From positions 1 to 25,150 of the forward strand of contig JBGQHJ010000067.1 in assembly GCA_041497895.1 (NCBI GenBank): a stretch of 25,150 nt of DNA. Direction: 5' to 3'. This DNA comes from Candidatus Methylomirabilia bacterium (lineage in GTDB: Bacteria > Methylomirabilota > Methylomirabilia > Rokubacteriales > CSP1-6). The position numbers and the translations under genes were made by a program. The first letter of the stretch is position 1. Each line of letters opens with the position of its first letter. Shown piece by piece: positions 7,714 through 15,748 of this stretch. Below the pieces are notes generated by a model. It was not told where the DNA came from and did no database searches. It worked only from the letters and a program-made list of their open reading frames with translations.

Positions 7714-8964
7714 ATGCGGAGATCCCGCCTCGTCTCGAGCGTCCTGCTGAGCCTCGCCGTTCTCCTCGCCGGTCCCGCGGGGCTCACGCCCGCGCTCGCC
7801 CAGGGCAAGCCGATCAAGATCGGCTTCCTGGCTCCGCTCACCGGGGGGGCGGCGCAGGTCGGTCGCGACATGGAGAACGGGTTCGCCATGTACTTGGACG
7901 AGGTCGGGCACCAGATGGCGGGCCGCAAGGTCGAGGTGATCGTGGAGGACACCGCCGGCAACCCGGGCACCGCGATCGCCAAGTTCCGCAAGTTCGTGGA
8001 GAGCGACCACGTGGACATGGTGATGGGGGAGGCCTTCGCCCACATCGGGTACGCGCTCGCCCCCAAGGCCGAGGAGTACAAGGTGCCGACCATCTTCCCG
8101 GTGATCGCGGCCGACGACCTGACCCAGCGCAAGCCCTCGAAGTGGGTGGTACGGCTCGGGTGGACCGGAAGCCAGCCTTCGCATCCGTTCGGGGAATACG
8201 CGGCGAAGACCCTCGGCTACAAGAAGGTCGCGGTGTTCGGCACCGACTACGCCTTCGGCTACGAGGTGGTCGGCGGCTTCCAGCGCGCCTTCGAGGAGGC
8301 CGGCGGGCAGGTGATCCAGAAGCTGTGGGCGCCGCTGGGCACCACCGACCTGGCGCCCTACGTGAGCCAGATCAAGCGGGAGGCGGACGCCGCGTTCATC
8401 ATCGTGGTCGCGGCCTCGGCCCTTCGCTTTCCCGCCCAGTACCGCGACGCGGGCCTCGCCGGGCGGCTGCCCGTGATCGGCGGCGCGGTGATCGTGGACG
8501 AGTCCATCCTGCCCAACTTCGGCGACGAGGCCCTCGGCATGGTCACCCCGCTCATGTACAGCGCCGCGCTCGACACTCCGGCCAACCGCCGCTTCGTGGC
8601 CGAGTACCGCAAGAAGTACGGCAAGGTACCGTCGTACTTCTCCGAGACGTGCTACACGAGCGGGCGGTGGATCGCGGAGGCGGCGAAGGCGGTGGGCGGC
8701 CGCGTCGAGGACCGCGAGAAGTTCATGGCCGCGTTCCGGACCGTCGAGATTCCCGACGCCCCGCGCGGGCCGGTGAAGCTGGACGCCTGGGGCAACCCGA
8801 TCCAGAACATCTACGTGCGGAAGGTGGAGCGCAAGAACGGCGAGTTGCAGAACACGGTGATCCACACCTTCCCGGCCGTCTCCCAGTTCTGGACGTACAA
8901 GCCGGAGGAGTACCTGAAGCTGCCGGTGTACAGCCGGGACTACCCGCCCTGCCGGTTCTGCTAG
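7714..8964 (+). CDS. ABC transporter substrate-binding protein, LivJ/branched-chain (type I PBP) family, aromatic-acid-binding-like
   Basis: Sec signal peptide ending ALA-Q, IKIGFLAPLTG, VIVEDT, DYAFGYE and PRGPVKLD. GGAGA RBS before ATG 7714; an in-frame ATG also exists at 7657. Confidence 0.92.
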   Translation: MRRSRLVSSVLLSLAVLLAGPAGLTPALAQGKPIKIGFLAPLTGGAAQVGRDMENGFAMYLDEVGHQMAGRKVEVIVEDTAGNPGTAIAKFRKFVESDHVDMVMGEAFAHIGYALAPKAEEYKVPTIFPVIAADDLTQRKPSKWVVRLGWTGSQPSHPFGEYAAKTLGYKKVAVFGTDYAFGYEVVGGFQRAFEEAGGQVIQKLWAPLGTTDLAPYVSQIKREADAAFIIVVAASALRFPAQYRDAGLAGRLPVIGGAVIVDESILPNFGDEALGMVTPLMYSAALDTPANRRFVAEYRKKYGKVPSYFSETCYTSGRWIAEAAKAVGGRVEDREKFMAAFRTVEIPDAPRGPVKLDAWGNPIQNIYVRKVERKNGELQNTVIHTFPAVSQFWTYKPEEYLKLPVYSRDYPPCRFC

Positions 8965-8979
8965 CGGGGCCGGCCGACG

Positions 8980-9855
8980 ATGCTGACCCGCCTCGATCAC
9001 GTCATGATCTGCGTGCCCGATCTGGGCCGCGGGATCGACGCCTACCAGCGGCTCGGGTTCAACATCTACCCGGGCGGCTCCCACACCGGCCGGCCCACCC
9101 ACAACGCGATCGCCTTCACCGGCGAGGAGTACATCGAGGTGCTGAGCGTCCGCGACCGCGCCGCGGTGGTGCCCGGCGGCCCGGACGAGAGCCTCGCCCG
9201 CTATCTCGACGGGGGCGGGGGCTTCCGGGTGGTCGCGCTGCAGAGCGACGATCTGGAGGGAGACGTCGCGGCGATGCGGCGCCGCGGCGTCGACGTGGGC
9301 GAGATCCGCGACGGCGGCCGCCGCACCCCGGCCGGCCAGGAGCTGCGCTGGCGCGCCGCCTTCCCCGGGCCGGGCGCGCCGCTGCCCGTCTTCTTCATCC
9401 AGCACCTGACGCCGCTCGAGGAGCGCCGGCGCCAGGTGCCGAAGGCGGGCGATCATCCGAACGGCGCGCTGCGCGTGGATCGGGTGTACGTGACGGTGCG
9501 CGACGTGGCCGCCGCCTCCGGTCTCTACGCCCGCGTGCTCGGCCTCCCCGAGCCGAAGATCCAGCGCGGCGCGGTGATCAAGGCGGACATGGCGGTGTTC
9601 GACCTGGGCCCCACCGGCCTCACGATCGCCCAGCCCGCCGAGCCCGGGCCGGCCGCGGAGGCGCTCGCCCGGTCCGGACCGGGGCCGTTCCAGGTGCTCT
9701 ATCGCACCAGCAGCATGGAGGGGGCGGTGCGGTGGATGACGGGGCACGGCCTGCCGGCGCCGGCCCGCGGCGTGCGCAACACCGGCGAGCACGCCATCCT
9801 GGTCGGGCCGGAGCACGCCGCCGGCGCCTACATCGGGTTCGTGGGGCCCGCCTAG
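8980..9855 (+). CDS. VOC / glyoxalase-like domain protein (Glyoxalase_3-like)
   Basis: LDHVMI, LGF..GG.H..THN, YIEVL, G.R..P.G..LRW, PFFIQH-like segment, HPNGA and a second beta-alpha-beta module. Confidence 0.85.
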   Translation: MLTRLDHVMICVPDLGRGIDAYQRLGFNIYPGGSHTGRPTHNAIAFTGEEYIEVLSVRDRAAVVPGGPDESLARYLDGGGGFRVVALQSDDLEGDVAAMRRRGVDVGEIRDGGRRTPAGQELRWRAAFPGPGAPLPVFFIQHLTPLEERRRQVPKAGDHPNGALRVDRVYVTVRDVAAASGLYARVLGLPEPKIQRGAVIKADMAVFDLGPTGLTIAQPAEPGPAAEALARSGPGPFQVLYRTSSMEGAVRWMTGHGLPAPARGVRNTGEHAILVGPEHAAGAYIGFVGPA

Positions 9856-10694
9856 GCCTTCGTGTCGCGCTCGCGGTAGTCGCCGAAGGCGGCGTCGCGC
9901 TGGGACAATAGATCCCGCACGCTGCTGCCGTCGCGCTTGAACTGGGCGCGGTAGGCCTGGCTGGCCGCGGTCGAGAACGCGAGGGCCTGCAGCTCGGTGC
10001 CGGCCCGGATGGCCGCCCGCAGTCCCATGACCTCCATCGCACGGTGCACCGCCCGCTTGTTGATCTGGGCGAGCTCGGTGGGCACCAGCGCGATGCGCTC
10101 GGCCACCGTCAGCACCGTCTTCTCGAGATCGGCGGCGGGGACCGCGCGATTGGCGAAGCCCTTGGCCGCGGCCTCGGTGCCGCTGATCGCGTCGCCGGTC
10201 AGGTACATCTCCATCGCGGCGCGCATGCCCATCAGGAACGGATGGAACTGGTTGTCCGGGGGGCTCATGAGCCGCGTCGGCGGATAGCCGATGCGCGCGT
10301 CGTCGGCCACGTAGACCAGGTCGCAGCACGCGGCCAGCTCGCTGCCGCCGGCCAGGCAGTAGCCGTGCACCTGCGCGATCACCGGCTTGCCCAGGTCCCA
10401 GATCGTGAACCAGCCGTCCACCACGTGCCGCGCCCATTGCCCGGGCCCGCCCGGGGAGTAGAAGGGCTGGTCCTTGGTGTTGTCCGCCGAGAGGTCGTAA
10501 CCGGAGGAGAAGCACGGGCCGGCCCCGCGCAGGACGGAGACCTTGACCGCCGGATCGGCGTCCGCTTCCTTCAGGGCGGCCAGGATGGCCCCGCGCAGCT
10601 CGTTGCTGAGCGCGTTGCGCTTCTCGGGGCGGTTCAGGGTGAGGCGGCGAACGCCGGGAAGGGGGTCGTCGAGGACGAGCACGCGGGTGGCCAT
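9852..10694 (-). CDS. Crotonase / enoyl-CoA hydratase superfamily protein
   Basis: LTLNRPEKRNAL, FSSGYDL oxyanion motif, KPVIAQVHGYCLAGGSEL..CD. Stop overlaps the convergent VOC stop (CTAG). Confidence 0.93.
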   Translation of the reverse strand: MATRVLVLDDPLPGVRRLTLNRPEKRNALSNELRGAILAALKEADADPAVKVSVLRGAGPCFSSGYDLSADNTKDQPFYSPGGPGQWARHVVDGWFTIWDLGKPVIAQVHGYCLAGGSELAACCDLVYVADDARIGYPPTRLMSPPDNQFHPFLMGMRAAMEMYLTGDAISGTEAAAKGFANRAVPAADLEKTVLTVAERIALVPTELAQINKRAVHRAMEVMGLRAAIRAGTELQALAFSTAASQAYRAQFKRDGSSVRDLLSQRDAAFGDYRERDTKA

Positions 10695-10700
10695 GGGGAG

Positions 10701-10729
10701 AGCATGCCCGCGCGGCGCGGCGGGGGCAA
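10701..10729 (-). promoter_or_regulatory. Putative leaderless promoter of the crotonase
   Basis: Minus strand TTGCCC (10729-10724)-N17-CATGCT (10706-10701)-N6-ATG (10694). No SD. Confidence 0.45.
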
Positions 10730-10741
10730 CGGCGACGCGGG

Positions 10742-10770
10742 TTGACAGGACCGCCGGGGCGGGATAAATT
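10742..10770 (+). promoter_or_regulatory. Sigma70 promoter of the TetR-efflux operon
   Basis: TTGACA (10742-10747)-N17-TAAATT (10765-10770). Confidence 0.8.
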
Positions 10771-10788
10771 AAATGAACGTTTAGTTAA
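10769..10788. promoter_or_regulatory. Palindromic operator, probable binding site of the adjacent TetR
   Basis: TTAAATGAAC|GTTTAGTTAA, 8/10 inverted repeat, AT-rich, overlapping the -10 box and start site. Confidence 0.75.
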
Positions 10789-10793
10789 ACACC

Positions 10794-11480
10794 ATGACGA
10801 CCCAGACCCGCACGCCAGGCCGGGCAGCGAAGCGACGGGCCGGGCGGCCCCGCCGGCCGGCCGGCACCCGGGCCGCCCTGCTCGCGGCCGCCACCGAGCT
10901 GTTCGCGGCCCAAGGCTTCGACGGGGTCTCGGTGTCGGACATCGCGGAGAAGGCGGGCGTGAACCGGGCCATGATCAGCTATCACTTCGGCGGCAAGCGG
11001 GACCTCTACGCGGCGATCCTCGCCGCCACCTTCCAGGAGATCGTCGCGGACGTGGAGCGCATCGCCGGGTCGGCGGGGCCCGCGCCGCAGGTGCTGCGCG
11101 CGATCGTCGCCGCCATCGGCGACGCCGCCACCCACCGCCACCCGCACTTCTGCACGATGATGCTGCGCGAGGTGCTCACCGGCGGGCAGCACATGGGGAC
11201 CGCGGTGCTGGCGCAGCCCGCGCGGGTGCTGGCCGCGGTGCAGCGGGTCGTCGAGCGCGGAGTCCGGGAGGGCGCGTTCCGGCCGGTGGACCCCCTGCTC
11301 ACCCATCTGAGCTTGGTCGGCAGCCTCGTCTTCTTCTTCGCCACCACCGGGTTCCGGCAGCGGGTGATCCCGGACCGCCGGCCTCCGGACGGCGCCACCT
11401 ACGTCAAGCACCTCCAGGACCTGATCATCGAGGGCCTCGCGACTCGCGGCGCCGGGCCGAAGCGCGTGGGGCGGCCATGA
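10794..11480 (+). CDS. TetR/AcrR family transcriptional regulator (CecR/YbiH-like context)
   Basis: HTH LLAAATELFAAQGFDGVSVSDIAEKAGVNRAMISYHFGGKRDLY. First gene of the efflux operon. Confidence 0.95.
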   Translation: MTTQTRTPGRAAKRRAGRPRRPAGTRAALLAAATELFAAQGFDGVSVSDIAEKAGVNRAMISYHFGGKRDLYAAILAATFQEIVADVERIAGSAGPAPQVLRAIVAAIGDAATHRHPHFCTMMLREVLTGGQHMGTAVLAQPARVLAAVQRVVERGVREGAFRPVDPLLTHLSLVGSLVFFFATTGFRQRVIPDRRPPDGATYVKHLQDLIIEGLATRGAGPKRVGRP

Positions 11481-12688
11481 GCGCCACGGTCGCCGCCATG
11501 TTGCCGGGCCGCCGACGCGTCGTGCTCGTCGTGGCGCTCGTGGTCCTGGTCCTGATCGGGGTGGGGATCTGGCGCGTCTTCTTCGGTGGCGCCGGGCTGC
11601 CTCCGGGCGTGCTCGGGGTGAGCGGCCGGATCGAGGGCGACGACGCCGCGGTGTCGGCCAAGCTCGCCGGGCGGATCCGCGAGATCACGGTGCGCGAGGG
11701 CGATCACGTGGAGGCCGGGCAGGTGCTCGCGGTGCTCGACGACGCGCAGATCCGCGCGCGCGAGCAGCAGTCCGAGGCGATGGTGCGGCAGGCCGAGGCG
11801 CACCTGCGCCTGTCCCAGCACCAGGTCACGGTGCTCGGCGAGCAGCTCCGCCAGAGCGAGATCGGCGTCGGGCAGGCGCGCGCCGACGCGGAGGGGCGCG
11901 TCAACGAGGCGGAGGGACGGCTGGCCGCCGCGGAGGCCCAGCTCGCCCAGGCGGTGGCCGCCCACGCCCAGGCGAAGTGGGAGCGCGACGCCTACACCCG
12001 GCTCGTCCAGAAGGGGTACGTGGCGGAGCAGGACGCGATGCAGAAGCAGTACACCGAGGAGGCGCAGGCGGCGGTGGTCTCGGCGAACCGCCGGCAGGTG
12101 GAGGCGGCCCGCGGGGCGGTCACCACCGCGAAGGCCAATCTCGACAATCCGGCGATCCGGTCCGCGCAGGTGGCCGCGGTCCAGGCCCAGATCCTCCAGG
12201 CGCAGGCCGACATCGCGGCGTCCCAGGCGGACGCGGAGCGGGCCCGGGCCGCGCTCGACGAGGCCCGCGCGAATCGCGCCGACCTCCAGGTGATCGCGCC
12301 GTTCACCGGCACGGTGGCCACGCGCACCGCCGAGCCCGGCGAGGTGGTGACGCCGGGCACGCCGATCGTGACCCTGGTGAACCTGGGCCAGGTCTACCTG
12401 CGGGCGTTCGTGCCGGGCGGCGACATCGGACGGGTACGCGTCGGCCAGCCCGCGCGCGTGTACCTGGACTCGGCCCCGAACACCCCGATCGACGCCCAGG
12501 TGATCCGGATCGATCCGGAGGCGTCGTTCACGCCCGAGAACACGTACTTCCGCGAGGACCGCGTGAAGCAGGTCGTCGGGGTCAAGCTGCTGATCAACGG
12601 CGCGCTCGGCTTCGCCAAGCCGGGCATGCCCGCCGACGGCGAGATCCTGGTCGACGGGCAGTGGCCCGCGCGCCCGGCGCGGCGATGA
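11477..12688 (+). CDS. ybhG: HlyD-family membrane fusion protein, YbhG-like
   Basis: N-terminal TM, SGRIEG, lipoyl half-motifs (VREGDHV..GQVL; IAPFTGTV), coiled coil, ASFTPEN...R..QV, KPGMPADG. ATGA overlap with TetR. Confidence 0.88.
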   Translation: MSATVAAMLPGRRRVVLVVALVVLVLIGVGIWRVFFGGAGLPPGVLGVSGRIEGDDAAVSAKLAGRIREITVREGDHVEAGQVLAVLDDAQIRAREQQSEAMVRQAEAHLRLSQHQVTVLGEQLRQSEIGVGQARADAEGRVNEAEGRLAAAEAQLAQAVAAHAQAKWERDAYTRLVQKGYVAEQDAMQKQYTEEAQAAVVSANRRQVEAARGAVTTAKANLDNPAIRSAQVAAVQAQILQAQADIAASQADAERARAALDEARANRADLQVIAPFTGTVATRTAEPGEVVTPGTPIVTLVNLGQVYLRAFVPGGDIGRVRVGQPARVYLDSAPNTPIDAQVIRIDPEASFTPENTYFREDRVKQVVGVKLLINGALGFAKPGMPADGEILVDGQWPARPARR

Positions 12689-14619
12689 GCGCGGCGCCGG
12701 CCGAGCCCGCGATCCGGATCGCCGGGCTCGCCAAGCGCTACGGCTCCGTCGAGGCGGTGCGGGGCATCGATCTCGAGGTGCGGGCGGGTGAGATCTTCGG
12801 CCTCATCGGGCCGGACGGGGCCGGCAAGACGTCGACCTTTCAGGTGCTGGGCGGGGTGATGGAAGCGACCGCCGGCACCGCGGAGCTGCTGGGCCGGCCC
12901 GCGCGCGAGGCGCGGTCGTACGTCGGCTACCTCACGCAGGCCTTCAGCCTCTATCCGGACCTGAGCGTCGAGGAGAACCTCCGCTACGTGGGTGAGCTGC
13001 GGCTCGTGCCGCGGGCCGAGATCGAGCGGCGCGGGCGGCGCTATCTCGAGATGTTCGGCATGGCCCAGTTCGGGGGGCGCCTCGCGGGACGGCTGAGCGG
13101 CGGCATGAAGCAGAAGATGGCGCTGGCCTGCGCCCTCGTCGCGGAGCCGCGCGTCCTGCTCCTGGACGAGCCGACCACCGGCGTCGATCCGGTCTCGCGC
13201 CGCGAGTTCTGGGACGCGCTCGTGATGTTCTCGAGCCAGGGCATGACCATCCTGGTGGCCACGCCCTACCTCGACGAGGCCGAGCGCTGCCACCGCGTCG
13301 CCCTCATGCACCAGGGGCAGCTCGTGCGAACGGGCACCCCGGCCGAGATCCGCGACGGCCTCGGCCTCACCCGCCTGGAGGTCCGCGCCCCCGATCTCCG
13401 CGCGGCCCTGACCGCCCTGTCCGGCCGCGACGGCGGCATCGCGGACGTCCAGCGCTTCGGCGATCGGCTCGACGTGATGGTCCGCGACCCCGCCCAGGGT
13501 GAGGGGCAGGTCCGCGCGGCGCTCGAGGCGGCCGGACAGTCGGTGACCTCGCTGCGCGTCGGAGCGCCCACGCTCGAGAACGCCTTCGTGTCGATCTTGC
13601 AGATGCTCGAGGGAGAGACGCGCGCGCCTGCGTTCCCGGGCCGGGCGGTGGCGCCGCCCGACCCGGGAGCGATCGCGATCGGCGCGCGCGGCCTCGGGAA
13701 GTCGTTCGGGGACTTCGTGGCGGTCAAGGGCGTCGACCTCGAGATCCGTCCGGGCGAGGTCTACGGGCTGCTCGGCGCCAACGGGGCGGGCAAGACCACC
13801 ACGATCAAGATGCTGTGTGGCCTCCTCGAGCCGAGCGTGGGTGAGGTGCAGCTCGCGGGCGAGCGCGGCGCGCTCCGCTCCGAGCGCGTGCGTCAGCAGG
13901 TCGGCTACATGTCGCAGAGGTTCTCGCTCTACGACGACCTCACGATCGACGAGAACCTGGACTTCTTCGCGGGGGTCTACCAGGTCGAGTCCGCGCGTCG
14001 CGTGGAGCGGAAGCGCTGGGTGCTCGACTTCGCGGGGCTCGTCGGCCGGGGCGCGCAGCTCACCGGGTCGCTCCCCGGGGGGTGGAAGCAGCGGGTCGCC
14101 TTCGGGGCCGCGATCATGCACGAGCCCCGGGTGCTCTTCCTCGACGAGCCGACCTCGGGGGTCGATCCGATCGCGCGCCGGGCCTTCTGGACCATGATCA
14201 ACCGGGTGGCCGACGGCGGTACCGCCGTCCTCGTGACCACGCATTACCTCGAGGAGGCCGAGCAGTGCAATCGCCTCGGCTTCATGGCCGGCGGCGAGCT
14301 GGTCGCCGAGGGCACTCCGAGCGGGATCAAGGCGGCCCAGGGCGGCCGGGTGCTGGAGATCCGGGTCGACGACCCGCCGCGCGCCATCGCGCTCCTGCGG
14401 AACGAGCGCGAGCCCTGGCGGGTGTCGCTCTTCGGCGACCGCATCCACGTGATCGTGGACGCCGACGCGGCCGGGGCGGCCCGCGGGCTCTCCGCCCGGC
14501 TCGAGGCGGGCGGGATCCGGACGCTCGGGGTGACCGAGCAGGACTACTCGCTCGAGGACGTGTTCATCCTGATCGTGGAGCGCAATCACCGAGGGGAGGG
14601 CGCCGCGGCGGCCGCCTGA
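12685..14619 (+). CDS. ybhF: ABC transporter ATP-binding protein with two NBDs, YbhF-like
   Basis: NBD1 GPDGAGKT / LSGGM / LLLDEPT; NBD2 GANGAGKT / LPGGW / LFLDEPT / TTH. ATGA overlap gives start 12685. Confidence 0.92.
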   Translation: MSAAPAEPAIRIAGLAKRYGSVEAVRGIDLEVRAGEIFGLIGPDGAGKTSTFQVLGGVMEATAGTAELLGRPAREARSYVGYLTQAFSLYPDLSVEENLRYVGELRLVPRAEIERRGRRYLEMFGMAQFGGRLAGRLSGGMKQKMALACALVAEPRVLLLDEPTTGVDPVSRREFWDALVMFSSQGMTILVATPYLDEAERCHRVALMHQGQLVRTGTPAEIRDGLGLTRLEVRAPDLRAALTALSGRDGGIADVQRFGDRLDVMVRDPAQGEGQVRAALEAAGQSVTSLRVGAPTLENAFVSILQMLEGETRAPAFPGRAVAPPDPGAIAIGARGLGKSFGDFVAVKGVDLEIRPGEVYGLLGANGAGKTTTIKMLCGLLEPSVGEVQLAGERGALRSERVRQQVGYMSQRFSLYDDLTIDENLDFFAGVYQVESARRVERKRWVLDFAGLVGRGAQLTGSLPGGWKQRVAFGAAIMHEPRVLFLDEPTSGVDPIARRAFWTMINRVADGGTAVLVTTHYLEEAEQCNRLGFMAGGELVAEGTPSGIKAAQGGRVLEIRVDDPPRAIALLRNEREPWRVSLFGDRIHVIVDADAAGAARGLSARLEAGGIRTLGVTEQDYSLEDVFILIVERNHRGEGAAAAA

Positions 14620-14641
14620 CCGCTCGCGACGGAGCCGGCAG

Positions 14642-15748
14642 GTGCGACGGATCATCGCCCAGGCCCGCAAGGACCTCACCCAGCTGCTGCGAGACCGGCT
14701 CGCGCTCGCCCTCGCGGTCGTGCTGCCGGTGGTCCTCACCGCGCTCCTGGGCACCTCGATCTCGCTGACCGTCACCGACATCCCGCTGGCGGTCCAGGAC
14801 CTCGACCAGACGCCGCTGTCCCGCCGCTACATCGACGCCTACCGCAGCTCGCTGACCTTCCGGATCGTGGGGCTGCCGGTCGCGATGTCGCCGGAGACCG
14901 CGGTGGCGGGCGGGAAGGCCCGCGGGGCGCTGATCCTGCCCGAGCACTTCGAGCGCGAGATCCGGCGCGGCCGGGTCGCGCAGGCGCAGCTGCTCGTCGA
15001 CGGCACCGACACCAACACCGCGCTGCTGGTGCAGGGGGCCGCCAGCCAGGTCACGCGCGCGTTCACCCGGGAGGTGACGGGCGACGGCGCGGTGCCCGCG
15101 GTGCGCACCGCCACGCGGCTCTGGTTCAATCCCGGCCGCGAGCCGCGCAAGTTCTACGGGCCCGGGATGCTCGTGCTCTCCCTGTCGATCTTCCCGACCG
15201 TGCTCGCCGCGCTCGCGATGTCGCGCGAGGGCGAGCAAAAGACGATCCTGCAGGTCTACGTCTCGAGCATCTCGGCCCACGAGTTCCTCCTGGGCAAGAT
15301 CCTGGCCGGGGTGGTCATCGGGATCGTGCAGTGGATGCTGGTGAGCGGCCTCATGTTCACCCTCTTCGGCCTGCGCCTGGTCGGGGACCCGACGCCGCTC
15401 CTGGTGGGCGGCCTGCTCTTCCTCTTCTGCGTGGTCGCCTTCGGCACCCTGGTCGGCGGGGCCATCCCCAACCAGGCCGCCGCGGTGCAGGGCGTGTCCC
15501 TCGGGGGCTTCCTGCTCGCCTTCCTGCTCTCGGGCCTCATCTTCCCGATCGAGAACATCCCGCGATCGCTCGCCTGGATCTCGAGCCTGGTGCAGGCCCG
15601 CTACTTCATCGTCATCGTCCGCGACGCCTTCCTGCAGGGCGGCGGCTGGCCCGCGGTGTGGTGGGCGGTGCTGATGATCGGGGCGATCGGCGCGGTCTAC
15701 TACGCGCTCGCCTGGCTCGCGATGCGGCGCATGCAGGTGAAGGCGTGA
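14642..15748 (+). CDS. ybhS: ABC-2 type permease, YbhS-like
   Basis: One N-terminal TM, periplasmic domain (QLLVDGTDTN, WFNP), REGEQKT, five C-terminal TMs with LSGLIFPIENIP. GTG start. Confidence 0.85.
   Translation: MRRIIAQARKDLTQLLRDRLALALAVVLPVVLTALLGTSISLTVTDIPLAVQDLDQTPLSRRYIDAYRSSLTFRIVGLPVAMSPETAVAGGKARGALILPEHFEREIRRGRVAQAQLLVDGTDTNTALLVQGAASQVTRAFTREVTGDGAVPAVRTATRLWFNPGREPRKFYGPGMLVLSLSIFPTVLAALAMSREGEQKTILQVYVSSISAHEFLLGKILAGVVIGIVQWMLVSGLMFTLFGLRLVGDPTPLLVGGLLFLFCVVAFGTLVGGAIPNQAAAVQGVSLGGFLLAFLLSGLIFPIENIPRSLAWISSLVQARYFIVIVRDAFLQGGGWPAVWWAVLMIGAIGAVYYALAWLAMRRMQVKA

Noticed and set aside
7687..10515. 942-aa minus-strand ORF, plus other long shadow ORFs (736-2535, 7620-9911, 12394-14781, 3286-4902, 23427-24899)
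   Set aside because: They overlap well-supported genes in other frames or antisense, are Arg/Gly/Ala/Pro-rich and have no motifs; this is expected from stop-codon scarcity at high GC.
14071..14085. Degenerate ABC signature LPGGW in the second NBD
   Set aside because: A degenerate second signature is usual in YbhF-type double-NBD ATPases, so it is not a novelty.
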